Source: Pirellulales bacterium (GTDB taxonomy: Bacteria; Planctomycetota; Planctomycetia; Pirellulales; JAGQOS01). Taken from it: 48,460 nt of DNA. The translations under genes were made by a program, and so were the position numbers. This document shows positions 16,404-25,772 of the stretch, piece by piece; the first letter of the stretch is position 1, and each line of letters starts with the position of its first letter. Under the pieces are notes generated by a model that worked only from the letters and a program-made list of their open reading frames with translations, was not told the DNA's origin and searched no databases. The DNA lies in the NCBI GenBank assembly GCA_028289525.1, contig JANQPJ010000087.1:1-48460 (forward strand), written 5' to 3'.

Positions 16404-16997
16404 ATGAAGTACTCCCACCTAAAACCGCACGGCTTCACCCTGATCGAGGCGATGGTTTCGCTGAGCGTTGCCATGGTGGCGGCCAGCGCGATGTTTTTGG
16501 GAATTGCCCGTTCGCTCGAGACGACCGATTGGCTGCTCGAATCGGCGGTTGCCCAGGGGATGGCTGAACAGTTGGTCGACGAGGCGATTGGCAAATGGTA
16601 CGTCCTGCCAGGTGGAAATCCGTATCAAGTGTGGCTGGGGCCATCGAGTGCCGAACAAACTGGAGCAGGCCGGTCTCAGTACAACGACACCGACGACTAT
16701 CATCGCTTTGTCGCCCATCCGCCTGAAGACCGTTGGGGAGTGGCGTTAGGTCGAGAAGACGACGCTGGCGGATTACGACATCCAAACTTCCGAGCACCAG
16801 AGACTTCGTTAAGTCGTTACCGCCAACAGGTAGAAGTTTACTACGTCGACGCGACCAACCCAGCGATACGTTTGCCAGATGGTCAGACCAGCAGCATGCG
16901 AGTGATCGAGGTGCGAGTGTTGGTGCGCGACGGCCAAGGTCGTTGGCAGGAAGCCGCACGCGTGCGTCGGCTGTTTACCTATATCCCCACAGCTTGA
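16404..16997 (+). CDS. prepilin-type minor pilin (PilV/GspI-like), cluster B
   Basis: ORF 16314..16997. The ATG at 16404 gives MKYSHLKPHG/FTLIEAMVSLSVAMVAASAMF with Glu5. Confidence 0.75.
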   Translation: MKYSHLKPHGFTLIEAMVSLSVAMVAASAMFLGIARSLETTDWLLESAVAQGMAEQLVDEAIGKWYVLPGGNPYQVWLGPSSAEQTGAGRSQYNDTDDYHRFVAHPPEDRWGVALGREDDAGGLRHPNFRAPETSLSRYRQQVEVYYVDATNPAIRLPDGQTSSMRVIEVRVLVRDGQGRWQEAARVRRLFTYIPTA

Positions 16998-17109
16998 CCC
17001 CCTTGCGATTGAGAGCGAGTTGCTCTTGATCACTGTGCACGCGACAAGCATTTTTTCCAAAATTTTCCGACGAATCTGACTACGAATGATCCGAAATGGC
17101 TCTAGTCTC

Positions 17110-17922
17110 ATGAAGCCTGCTAGAAAACATTCCGGGTTTACCTTTGTCGAAATGACGTTGGCGCTGGGGATCATGGCGACGCTGATCGTTGCGATGGGAG
17201 TAATGGCCCAACTGGTGTTTGATGGCGAGCACTACAACGAAGCCTATGCCCGGGTAGTGCAGCACGCTCGCGTGGCCCTCGAACGGATTGAGGGCAATGT
17301 TCGCCAGGCGACTAGCAATCCGGAGTATCCAGGCGCGCTGGTCATCGAGCAAACCATCGGTAGTTGGACGTTTCCCGATACGCTAGTGGTGTGGCGACCT
17401 GAAACCACAGCTGCCGATCCTGACGGAGCACCGCAGATTGGCGAGTTGGTGATTTATAGCTATCACCCCGGCGCCCCCAACGAACTTTGGGAAATCACGG
17501 ATCGCGGGAATACGAGGACCGCGCCGGCAGCGGCCGATGCGGCTGCTTGGCAAACCTTGGTCGAGTCACTCAAGACGAGCAGCACAAGCAAGAAAGTGGT
17601 GTTGACCAATCGGTTGCGGACCGCGACGGTCGACGAGATTGGCGAGAACGATGCCCGTTATCGTCGGGGCTGTGTACGGTTCGAGCAACAGATGAACCCT
17701 ACGGCAGCCAACTGGGCCAGCTACCAGGCAGGCACACGAGCTTGGGAAGACCTCGATTGGACGCAAACCATCTATGGGCCAGATTCTGGGCTACGGCAAA
17801 GTCGGGTGCGGGTTGAATTACAAATGACGCCGATTTCTTCAGTGACCGAGATGCCTTCGGATGATTTGCCGCCAGTGGCGTTTTTCGGGGCGGCGAGCCT
17901 CTATTATCCGTTGCCTCGCTAG
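17110..17922 (+). CDS. prepilin-type minor pilin (PilW/GspJ-like), cluster B
   Basis: ORF 17086..17922. MKPARKHSG/FTFVEMTLALGIMATLIVAMG with Glu5. Confidence 0.75.
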   Translation: MKPARKHSGFTFVEMTLALGIMATLIVAMGVMAQLVFDGEHYNEAYARVVQHARVALERIEGNVRQATSNPEYPGALVIEQTIGSWTFPDTLVVWRPETTAADPDGAPQIGELVIYSYHPGAPNELWEITDRGNTRTAPAAADAAAWQTLVESLKTSSTSKKVVLTNRLRTATVDEIGENDARYRRGCVRFEQQMNPTAANWASYQAGTRAWEDLDWTQTIYGPDSGLRQSRVRVELQMTPISSVTEMPSDDLPPVAFFGAASLYYPLPR

Positions 17923-18096
17923 AGCAAGTTGTTCGGACATGCGCCGACATTCTTATGTTTTCACTCGAGTTTTTCCGAGGAAACGACGCCACGGATTTTG
18001 GTAATCTGCGATAGACGTTCGACGCTCGACTCTGAGCGAGATTACAATTGTTGCAATCGTTATGATTCGTTCCCGCCTTTGAGGAGCAAGCTTGCT

Positions 18097-18339
18097 ATGC
18101 GACAAAAGCCGCGATTTTTTTGGACCGGACTGGTTGTAGCAAACCTGGTAGTGGGTTGCGTGCTAGGCTTTTATCGGAATTCCGGCGCCGCGCCACCTCG
18201 CACCGGCGAGCCGTTCGCCAATTCAGTCAGGCAGCGGGCCGAAATGATTGTTCACCTGAAGGAAATGAAGCAGCTGCTCAAAGAGCAGAATGCGTTATTG
18301 CGCTCCGGCAAAGTCAAGGTGGTTGTCGCCCAACCGTAG
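18097..18339 (+). CDS. small single-pass membrane protein with a C-terminal coiled coil
   Basis: The ATG at 18097 is preceded by GAGGAG (18081..18086). MRQKPRFFWTGLVVANLVVGCVLGF is a TM segment. EMIVHLKEMKQLLKEQNALL follows. 80 aa. Embedded between minor pilin genes. Confidence 0.5.
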   Translation: MRQKPRFFWTGLVVANLVVGCVLGFYRNSGAAPPRTGEPFANSVRQRAEMIVHLKEMKQLLKEQNALLRSGKVKVVVAQP

Positions 18340-18382
18340 TGGTGCGAGTCCGCCTCCTGTCGCTTTGCAAGGGAGAGGATTC

Positions 18383-19003
18383 ATGTCGCGCGACCAACCA
18401 GCCCGATCGGCGATTGGAATTGAAAACCGGCTACCGATCCGTCGTGGTTTCTCGCTGGTCGAGCTGTTGATTGTTGTGGCGCTGCTCGGCATTTTTGCCG
18501 CAACACTGATCCCAACCACCGAAACTCACGTCTATGGGCAATTGAAGACCGCGGCCCAAACGCTGGCAGGCGACCTCGACTATGTTCGTTCGTTGGCCGT
18601 TACCCACAACAGCAAATACACCGTGGTGTTCGACACGAGCAATCGACGCTACACGATCCGGCATACCGGGATCAACTCTGAGCTAAAAACGTTGCCGGTG
18701 GCCCACCGGACTGGGGTGGAGATTCTCAGCGACAGGCAGGAACACCGTTTCGATTTCGACCGCTTGCGCGAGTTGATCATGCAGGTCGATCTCCAGTTCG
18801 TTCAGGCAGGCACCGATTCGCCTAGCGCGGTGAGTCAGGTTGAATTTACCGCCGACGGCTCGACCAGCCGGAGTGAGCCGACCGTCGTTTGGCTCGCGGC
18901 AGGCCATGGCTCCAGCCGACGTTATTTGGCGGTACACATCAACCCCACCACCGGCCTCACGACAGTCGAAGGCTTTACGGCCACGGCGCCTGGAGCCAGT
19001 TAA
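18383..19003 (+). CDS. prepilin-type minor pilin (GspH/FimT-like), cluster B
   Basis: The ATG at 18383 is preceded by GGGAGAGG. Long leader, then RRG/FSLVELLIVVALLGIFAATLIP. DLDYVRSLAV is GspH-like. Confidence 0.75.
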   Translation: MSRDQPARSAIGIENRLPIRRGFSLVELLIVVALLGIFAATLIPTTETHVYGQLKTAAQTLAGDLDYVRSLAVTHNSKYTVVFDTSNRRYTIRHTGINSELKTLPVAHRTGVEILSDRQEHRFDFDRLRELIMQVDLQFVQAGTDSPSAVSQVEFTADGSTSRSEPTVVWLAAGHGSSRRYLAVHINPTTGLTTVEGFTATAPGAS

Positions 19004-19030
19004 GAAAAATGCTTAAGGCCTCCCCCAGCG

Positions 19031-20164
19031 ATGCGTCGCCGGAGAGCTCTAATCACCAACCGTCAACAAACCATGCCCCTGAACGCCATTCAAATCACGC
19101 CGAAGTTTCCCTCGCTGTTTCGTTACAGCACGTGTGGGCCAATCAGTGTCGATCTCGGTAGTCGCTCGGTCAAGTTGCTGCAGGTGGACGCTGGCCGCAA
19201 GCAGTTGGTCGAGGCGGTGCGCTGGGACTTGGCAGGCGACACCGAGAAGTCTGGCCAGCCTGTTGGGCGTGACGCGAAGATTGCCGCCTTGCGTGTCGGG
19301 CGAGAAGGACGTGGTTTTCACGGTCGCAATGCTGTGCTCTGCCTGAGTGGCGAAGAGCTCTTTGTCCAGAATATTCGGGTTCCCAAGTCCTCGGCCGACC
19401 AACTCGCTCAACGGGTGTTTCAAGAAGCAGCCGGCCGTGTGCCCTGGCCGATCGAAGAGACCGAACTGCGATACATTCCCACGACCGATGTACGGCAGGG
19501 CAATTCGTTGCGAAGTGAAGTGCTCCTGTTGGCCGTGCGCCAATCAGTGCTAGACGACAAGCTGGCCATTCTCGAAGCGGCTGGCTTGCGGCCGGTGGGC
19601 GTCGATGCGGAACCGATTGCCTTGCTGCGATGCTATGCCCAACAGTTTCGCCGTGAGCAGGATTCGCAGGAACGATTCATGCTGGTGCATGTTGGTGCCA
19701 AGCGCACCGTGGTCGTGGTTGCTCAAGACACCAAGGTGCTGTTGATCAAGTATATCGACATCGGTGGCGCTCAGATGGATCAGGCGCTCAGTACCTGCCT
19801 TCAGGTAGGATTGGACGATGCCATTTCGCTACGGCGGCATCACGGCGATCGACGGGCTGATCGCCAAGACGTAGAACTCAAACAAAGCATCACCAGCGCC
19901 GTGCGTCCGGTGATCGAACAGTTGATCGGCGAACTTTCGATGTGTGTTCGTTACCACAGCGTGACATTTCGTGGTCAACCGCTGACGCGCATGGTGCTCG
20001 GCGGTGGCGAAGCAACGCCGGCGTTGGCTGAAACCTTGCACGCGGCTCTCGATTTGGAATGTGTGTTGGGCGACCCGTTTCGTTGGCTAACCCAAGCCAA
20101 CCCTGCTGGCCGTCGCGGTCAATGGGACGTGGCCATGGGCTTGGCTCTGCGAGGGAGTCGATAA
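19031..20164 (+). CDS. pilM: PilM-like actin-fold pilus assembly protein
   Basis: 377 aa. ISVDLGSRSVKLLQV, VLLLAVRQSVLDDKLAILEAAGLRPVGVDAEPIALLR, LGGGEA. Alternative start at 19073. Confidence 0.8.
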   Translation: MRRRRALITNRQQTMPLNAIQITPKFPSLFRYSTCGPISVDLGSRSVKLLQVDAGRKQLVEAVRWDLAGDTEKSGQPVGRDAKIAALRVGREGRGFHGRNAVLCLSGEELFVQNIRVPKSSADQLAQRVFQEAAGRVPWPIEETELRYIPTTDVRQGNSLRSEVLLLAVRQSVLDDKLAILEAAGLRPVGVDAEPIALLRCYAQQFRREQDSQERFMLVHVGAKRTVVVVAQDTKVLLIKYIDIGGAQMDQALSTCLQVGLDDAISLRRHHGDRRADRQDVELKQSITSAVRPVIEQLIGELSMCVRYHSVTFRGQPLTRMVLGGGEATPALAETLHAALDLECVLGDPFRWLTQANPAGRRGQWDVAMGLALRGSR

Positions 20165-20168
20165 AGCG

Positions 20169-20951
20169 ATGCAACTTGCTGCAACGAACAATCCGTTGGC
20201 AATCGACTTTTTGCCAGACCGTTACCGCGAGGAGTCGACCCAGCGCCGCGTGAACTTGTGGCGGCTAGCGGTGGTGGGGATGTTTGTGTGGCTGGTCGTG
20301 GTCGGGACACTGGTGCAGCGTCAGACGCGAGCCAAGACTGCCAAACGTCTAGCAGCCGTCAACCGCAACTATGAATTTGCCCAACGGCGTTCGGCCAACC
20401 TGGGCCGATTGCTGGTCGAACAGCGTGAGGCGATCGCTCAGGCCCAGTTAGTGAACTACTTGCGGCATCGTTGGCCCCGCACTCAGGTGTTGGCCGTTGT
20501 GTTGCGCCCGTTGCCCGATGCGATCACCTTGCACGAATTGCACCTGGCCAATGAATTCACCACCGCCCAAGGACCGCGCGCCGACACAACCTTGGGCGAA
20601 CGGAATGACGAAGCGACCGATCCGCCTGAACTGGCCAAACGCGACCTGCGACAACTGCGACAGCAAGTCGGTGCGAAGGCCGTGGTGACGCTCGAAGGCA
20701 CCACCTCGGATGCTGCCCGATTGCACGATTACCTGGCCGCGGTGGCCGCCAATCCGTTGGTGTTCCAGGCAGAACTACAAAACATCGAAGCTGGGCAAGG
20801 AGATCACTGGAGCGTGGCGAGGTTTCGCGCGCGGATCGAAATGCGGCCAGGATACGGCGAGCCAGGCGGGCCAACAGCCGGCCAGCTTCGTAACACGCTG
20901 ACGCGTTCGCTGTTCCCTCGCCAGCAAACCTTCGACCTTTCTCGACGATAG
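20169..20951 (+). CDS. pilN: PilN-like inner-membrane pilus assembly protein
   Basis: IDFLPDRYREE..RRVNLWRLAVVGMFVWLVVVGTLV is the PilN-type N-terminus plus TM. 260 aa. Starts 4 nt after pilM. Confidence 0.7.
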   Translation: MQLAATNNPLAIDFLPDRYREESTQRRVNLWRLAVVGMFVWLVVVGTLVQRQTRAKTAKRLAAVNRNYEFAQRRSANLGRLLVEQREAIAQAQLVNYLRHRWPRTQVLAVVLRPLPDAITLHELHLANEFTTAQGPRADTTLGERNDEATDPPELAKRDLRQLRQQVGAKAVVTLEGTTSDAARLHDYLAAVAANPLVFQAELQNIEAGQGDHWSVARFRARIEMRPGYGEPGGPTAGQLRNTLTRSLFPRQQTFDLSRR

Positions 20952-20953
20952 GA

Positions 20954-21514
20954 TTGAGCATCGTGTTGCGTGGATCTAAAAAACATGGCAGTTGGTTTGT
21001 CACCGTGCCCTTGGCCGTGGGAGTCGCGTTGTTCTATTGGTTGGTATTCTCGCCGATGCAGCAAGAAATTCAGGCGATGCGCGAGGAGCTGGACCAAAAA
21101 CAGGACTACGTGGTGGCGACCGTCTCAGATCAGGCAGCGATCGAAGCGGCCACGCGAGAAATTGAGCAAGCCCGTCGTTATGCCGACGCTTGGTTGCGCC
21201 CGGCCTCGACAGGCGGCCGTTTGCCAGAGGTGGTGCGCGATATCAATCAACAGGCAATCGCCTCTGGGGCCTTGGTCCGTCGACTCGATCCCCAGCCAGC
21301 AACCGCCATGCAGACTCTCCGCCGGATGCCAGTTTCGATCAGCTTGAGCGGCTCGTTTGACCAGTTGGTGCGCGTGCTAGCAAGCCTGGAGTCGATGAAA
21401 CAGGCGCTGTGGGTCAATGAGATCCATCTAGACCGCAAAAGCGAAGATAGGGGAGACGTGCAGTGTAGGGCAGAGATGGTAGTCTTTGCCAATAAAACAG
21501 GGATTTCGGATTAG
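20954..21514 (+). CDS. pilO: PilO-like pilus assembly protein
   Basis: TTG/GTG start. TM WFVTVPLAVGVALFYWLVF, coiled coil, ISLSGSFDQLVRVLASLESM motif. Confidence 0.65.
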   Translation: MSIVLRGSKKHGSWFVTVPLAVGVALFYWLVFSPMQQEIQAMREELDQKQDYVVATVSDQAAIEAATREIEQARRYADAWLRPASTGGRLPEVVRDINQQAIASGALVRRLDPQPATAMQTLRRMPVSISLSGSFDQLVRVLASLESMKQALWVNEIHLDRKSEDRGDVQCRAEMVVFANKTGISD

Positions 21515-21528
21515 GTTTACCTTGTCGA

Positions 21529-22218
21529 TTGGCCGATAGTTTAGGAGACGAGCCAGTCGGACGCGATTCTGGCCGGTTTGCAGAGGTTGTGAAATTGGAA
21601 TTATTCATTGAACGACTGAAACGAGAGGTTCGTGAGCATCCGCAGAAAGCGGCCTTGTTGGGCGTGTTGTTGTTCGTTTCCCTGTGGTTTTGGGCACCGC
21701 TTGTAACCCGATGGTTCGAGGCCGACAAGACGCCAGCCCACCAGTTGGCCCAGCCGGTGACTGAAGTGGCAGTGGGCGATTCGGCCGCAGTGGACTTCGT
21801 CGAGGAAGAAGAGGAGCCGTGGCAGACGTTTGCCAAACGTTTGGAGCATGATCGACGCACAACGCCTGTCGGTGCGCTAGGGTTGAGTCGCGATCCATTC
21901 CAGGTCGTGCAAGCCCAGGCAACCAATTCCGAGACGCCAGCAGACGAAGCCAAGCCGGCACATTGGAGCCCACGTCGGTTAGGCATGAAACTTACCAGCA
22001 CCGTAGTGGGGGCAGGGCGTCGGGTAGCGATGATTGATGGGCGCGCGTATCGAGAAGGAAGTCGTATCATGAAACGCGTTGGAAATCAGACGGTTCAGTT
22101 TGAATTGGCGCGTGTCGCTGCCAAACATGTCGTCTTGGTACAAGGCGAAAATGCCTATCGGTTGAAGATTGAACGTGTCCACGATGGCGGAGTGCTTGTC
22201 GAGACCGTCGAGCGTTGA
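21529..22218 (+). CDS. PilP/GspC-like periplasmic protein
   Basis: TM AALLGVLLFVSLWFWAPLV. C-terminal LTSTVVGAGRRVAMIDGRAYREGSRI..VVLVQGENAYRLKI. Start codon uncertain (TTG 21529 or GTG 21589). Confidence 0.6.
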   Translation: MADSLGDEPVGRDSGRFAEVVKLELFIERLKREVREHPQKAALLGVLLFVSLWFWAPLVTRWFEADKTPAHQLAQPVTEVAVGDSAAVDFVEEEEEPWQTFAKRLEHDRRTTPVGALGLSRDPFQVVQAQATNSETPADEAKPAHWSPRRLGMKLTSTVVGAGRRVAMIDGRAYREGSRIMKRVGNQTVQFELARVAAKHVVLVQGENAYRLKIERVHDGGVLVETVER

Positions 22219-22250
22219 TCAGCTTTCTTGGGAAATACAAACCCTCAAGA

Positions 22251-22279
22251 TTCCGTGCTTCGGCCACCGGCCGCTGCTG
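22251..22279. repeat. REP-like element, single half-unit, inside the cluster B operon
   Basis: ttccgtgcttcggccaccggccgctgctg, between the pilP-like gene and the secretin gene. Confidence 0.85.
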
Positions 22280-22317
22280 CCTAAGATTCGTATCGCATAA
22301 AAGGTCATGGACGACCG

Positions 22318-24525
22318 ATGAGCAGTTTGTTACGCATTGCCCTGCTGGGATGTTTCGCTGTCACCGGTGTTGGCCTGGCGATTTATGTTGGCACGTTGGC
22401 GCCACCCGACCGCGCACACGAAGAAACACTCCCGGGGCCGGAGGTCGTGCTGCCGTCGGTGGTAGCCGAACAAGCTACGATGGTCGAACCCGACCTAGTT
22501 ACTCCGACGCCGGTGGCCCAGGCAGTCCCACTGGTGACTTTGACGACGGCTCAACTCCCAGCCGAACCGTCGGAGGAATCAGCACCGGTCGAACCGCCTG
22601 GAGATGCGACCGAACCGAAAGATGAGGTCGATCATTTTCTCGAAAAATTTGCCCAATTGCAGGGCTATCTCGACAAGTTGCATGCGCGTCGCGAGCCGCC
22701 TCAGGCAAACACCCCGGCCACGCTAGCCGGTCCAGCGTTGCAGGCTTCAGGTGTTGCCCAGCCAGCGGTGCCTGAAGAGCTGCCCAGCGAGTCGGCCTTG
22801 GAAGAACCAGAACCGGTGCCGGCGGATCCCAAGACAATGATTCGCAAGTCGATCGAGGAAGGGGATGATCGGCTGTCGATCACGATTCAAGGGGAAGAGA
22901 TTCGCAAGGTGCTCGAGCTACTAAGCGAGCAGGGCGGCCTCAATATTCTGGCCAGCAACAATGTAACCGGCACGGTGTCGGCAACCCTTCAAGAGGTCGA
23001 CATCGAGACGGCGCTGAACGCCATTCTCAAGTCGACCGGCTATCGGTGGCGGCGCGAAGGCGATTTTTTGTATGTTGGCACGCCAGCCGATTTTGACGCG
23101 ATGGCCAAAGCCGATGATTCGATCGGCACTCGACTCTATCGGTTGAACTATGTGCTGGCTTCTGAGATCCAGGGGCTGATTGCTCCCTTGCTGACCGAAG
23201 GCGTCGGTTCGATCAGCATCACTTCCCCGGCGGAGCAAGGGATTGCCAACAACAGTTTCGAGGTAGGCGGCGACGACTACGCAGGCCAGGATACGGTTCT
23301 GGTGCGTGATTATGAAGCAGTCTTAGCGCAGGTGGACCAGATTGTTGACCAGATCGACCGGCGGCCGACTCAGGTACAGATCGAAGCGATGATTCTCAGT
23401 GTAAGACTCAACGACCGGAACGAACTGGGCGTGAATTTCGAGGCCTTGCGCAACGAGGGAGCGATTCGCCTGACCTCGGGGTCTCCGTTGACCAATTTGG
23501 CGAACTTCGACCTGAGCGAGAGAGGTCTGAAGGTCGGTTTTCTCGATTCAAGCTTGTCACTGTTTGTCGAGGCGCTCGAGTCCATCGGCGATACGAATGT
23601 GGTCGCCACGCCCCGGCTGATGTGTTTGAACAAACATCGAGCTGAAGTGTTGATCGGCTCGCAACTCGGCTATGTAAGCACGACTCAGACCGAGACCAGC
23701 ACGACCCAAAGCGTGGAGTTTTTGGAGGTTGGCACGCAATTGCGGCTGCGACCGTTTATTGCCAGCGACGGCGTGATTCGCATGGAAGTCCATCCCGAGC
23801 TGTCGAGCGGCAATGTGCGGATTGAACAAGGACTTACGTTGCCTGACAAAGAAGTCACTGAAGTGACCACGAACATCATGGTCCGCGATGGGCATACGGT
23901 GGTAATTGGCGGGCTGATGCGCGAAGAACTCATTTCAACCGCTACGCAAATTCCGTTTTTTGGCAGCCTGCCAGTCGTGGGGGCGGCGTTTCGGCAAAAC
24001 ACCGAGTCGACCGAGCGACGTGAGATTCTAGTGCTGATTACTCCGCATATTGTGGTTGAGCCAGAGGCTTGTGCAGAGGGCCAATGCGCGGCCCAGGAAT
24101 TTCACCACCGGCACAACGTTTATGCTGATCAGATGATCCCGACCAGTAAACGCTATTTAGGCCGCAAATATTTCCGACAGGCTCAACGGGCGTGGAGCAA
24201 TGGTGATGCCCGAGCGGCACTCCGCAATATTAACCTGGCGATTGGGTTCGATCCGCTCAATCGGGCAGCAATCAATCTGCGTGCCGACATTGTGGCCGGT
24301 CGTCCTTTGGGTGAGCACACGCTTGATGGAAACACCGAAACCCGGCAGTTCGAAGCCGAGGCGTTGAATTTAGACGAGGCACCAAGCGACGAGCGCGCGT
24401 TGCCGCGATCGTTTTGGAAGCGTATCGAGGCAGAGTCGACAGACTACCAGCCACGCGATCTAGGCCGACCAGGCGACCGAATACGAATCGTCAAACCCAA
24501 TCTACGAGTCGGGAGATCTTCCTGA
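22318..24525 (+). CDS. secretin (PilQ/GspD family), cluster B
   Basis: 735 aa. Signal/TM N-terminus, Pro/Glu-rich linker, N-domains (ITIQGEEIRKVLELLSEQGGLNILASNNVTGTVSATL), secretin core (IPFFGSLPVVGAAFRQ..EILVLITPHIV), and a 152-aa C-terminal tail. Confidence 0.9.
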   Translation: MSSLLRIALLGCFAVTGVGLAIYVGTLAPPDRAHEETLPGPEVVLPSVVAEQATMVEPDLVTPTPVAQAVPLVTLTTAQLPAEPSEESAPVEPPGDATEPKDEVDHFLEKFAQLQGYLDKLHARREPPQANTPATLAGPALQASGVAQPAVPEELPSESALEEPEPVPADPKTMIRKSIEEGDDRLSITIQGEEIRKVLELLSEQGGLNILASNNVTGTVSATLQEVDIETALNAILKSTGYRWRREGDFLYVGTPADFDAMAKADDSIGTRLYRLNYVLASEIQGLIAPLLTEGVGSISITSPAEQGIANNSFEVGGDDYAGQDTVLVRDYEAVLAQVDQIVDQIDRRPTQVQIEAMILSVRLNDRNELGVNFEALRNEGAIRLTSGSPLTNLANFDLSERGLKVGFLDSSLSLFVEALESIGDTNVVATPRLMCLNKHRAEVLIGSQLGYVSTTQTETSTTQSVEFLEVGTQLRLRPFIASDGVIRMEVHPELSSGNVRIEQGLTLPDKEVTEVTTNIMVRDGHTVVIGGLMREELISTATQIPFFGSLPVVGAAFRQNTESTERREILVLITPHIVVEPEACAEGQCAAQEFHHRHNVYADQMIPTSKRYLGRKYFRQAQRAWSNGDARAALRNINLAIGFDPLNRAAINLRADIVAGRPLGEHTLDGNTETRQFEAEALNLDEAPSDERALPRSFWKRIEAESTDYQPRDLGRPGDRIRIVKPNLRVGRSS

Positions 24526-25571
24526 TGTTCATGTTTGTCTGGCACTTGGGGAGGACTCTAGGACACTGGTGTCTGGTGGCCATGCCGCTGGCGTTCGTCG
24601 GGTGTACGGCGATTGGGCAGCGGTCACCAGCAATCGAGCGGGAGCCAGCCGAGCGCCAGGAGAGCCTGACGCATTTGGTCGACCAATATGAGACGCGGCG
24701 CGATCAGGCAACTCGCCAAGCAGCGCGATCGCGGCTCCAGGCTGGCGACGAGGCCGGTGCGATTCGCATGCTCGCTGATCTCGTCGAACGGTCGCCGAAT
24801 GACCGTCAGGCGCGTCTACTTTTGGCCGATCTGTATTTGGTCGCTGGTGACCGCGAGCAGGCTCACCAGCATTTGCGGTATGTGCTCGAACGCGACCAGA
24901 ACGACGCTCCAGCCTTGCACGCGATGGCGATGTTACTCGAGGCGAATGGCCACACCGACAAAGCGATCGTATTGCATCGACGAGCGGCCGAGATAGAGCC
25001 AGACAACCAACTGTTTCAGCTGAGTTGGCAGGCAAGCCGAAATGCGTCCGACCGTCGCCCGCTAGACGATCAGCGCGAGGATGCCGACCAAGGGAGCGTG
25101 CACTCGAGTGATTTCCAATACCTGGTGGCTTGTACCGACAACCCTCAGGCTCAAGAGTTCATGCGACTGGCGGCTGCCGCTTTTCGTACCGGGGTGATTC
25201 CAGTCGCGGTGGGCGAGTTGGAGCATGCAATGCAGGCGGATCCACAAAATCCGCAGATTCCGGTTAACTTGGCCCAGTATGCCTTGCGGCTCAATCAGAA
25301 CGCGGTCGCGGCAGTGATGCTCGATGCAGCCACCCGCAAATTCCCTACAACCGCGACGGTCCATCGTGCTTATGGTCTGGCGCTCTATCGGATGGGCGAT
25401 TATACAAGCGCGGAAACTGCTTTGCGCAAGGCGGTTTCTTTGGACAACGGCGATGCCCTGGCCTATTTTTTAATGGGTTATTCGCTTGAGCGACAGGGGA
25501 AGCATGCTGAGTCGGTCGCCAGTTTCGACCAAGCTCAGACGCTTGACGCAACTCTTTCGAGTCAGCGCTAG
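24525..25571 (+). CDS. TPR-repeat lipoprotein (PilF/PilW-like candidate pilotin)
   Basis: The ATG at 24525 overlaps the secretin stop (TGATG). Signal peptide ends LAFVGC. Multiple TPR units (ARLLLADLYLVAGDREQAHQHLRYVLERDQNDAPA..). Confidence 0.7.
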   Translation: MFMFVWHLGRTLGHWCLVAMPLAFVGCTAIGQRSPAIEREPAERQESLTHLVDQYETRRDQATRQAARSRLQAGDEAGAIRMLADLVERSPNDRQARLLLADLYLVAGDREQAHQHLRYVLERDQNDAPALHAMAMLLEANGHTDKAIVLHRRAAEIEPDNQLFQLSWQASRNASDRRPLDDQREDADQGSVHSSDFQYLVACTDNPQAQEFMRLAAAAFRTGVIPVAVGELEHAMQADPQNPQIPVNLAQYALRLNQNAVAAVMLDAATRKFPTTATVHRAYGLALYRMGDYTSAETALRKAVSLDNGDALAYFLMGYSLERQGKHAESVASFDQAQTLDATLSSQR

Positions 25572-25772
25572 CCTCACTCGGCGTCCACTTTCGCCTATCG
25601 TGCGAACCGCGGCGCCGCCTACCTTGGTGAGCAAGGCCTGCACGGCCCATGAACCTGGGGCGTCTCACGGATGCCCGCATGTCCTGTGCCTGGAATCTAT
25701 TCCGGCGAGGACGCATTGGCCGCGCGGTCTTGGTCGGTTCCCGCCTTGACATTTGAGACGACGCGCACAGCG

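Noticed and set aside
24414-24524. Longer N-terminal extension of the TPR lipoprotein ORF (start at 24414).
   Set aside because: The extension lies inside the secretin coding region in another frame and is Arg/Thr-rich. The ATG at 24525 gives a proper signal peptide with a lipobox-like Cys and overlaps the secretin stop.
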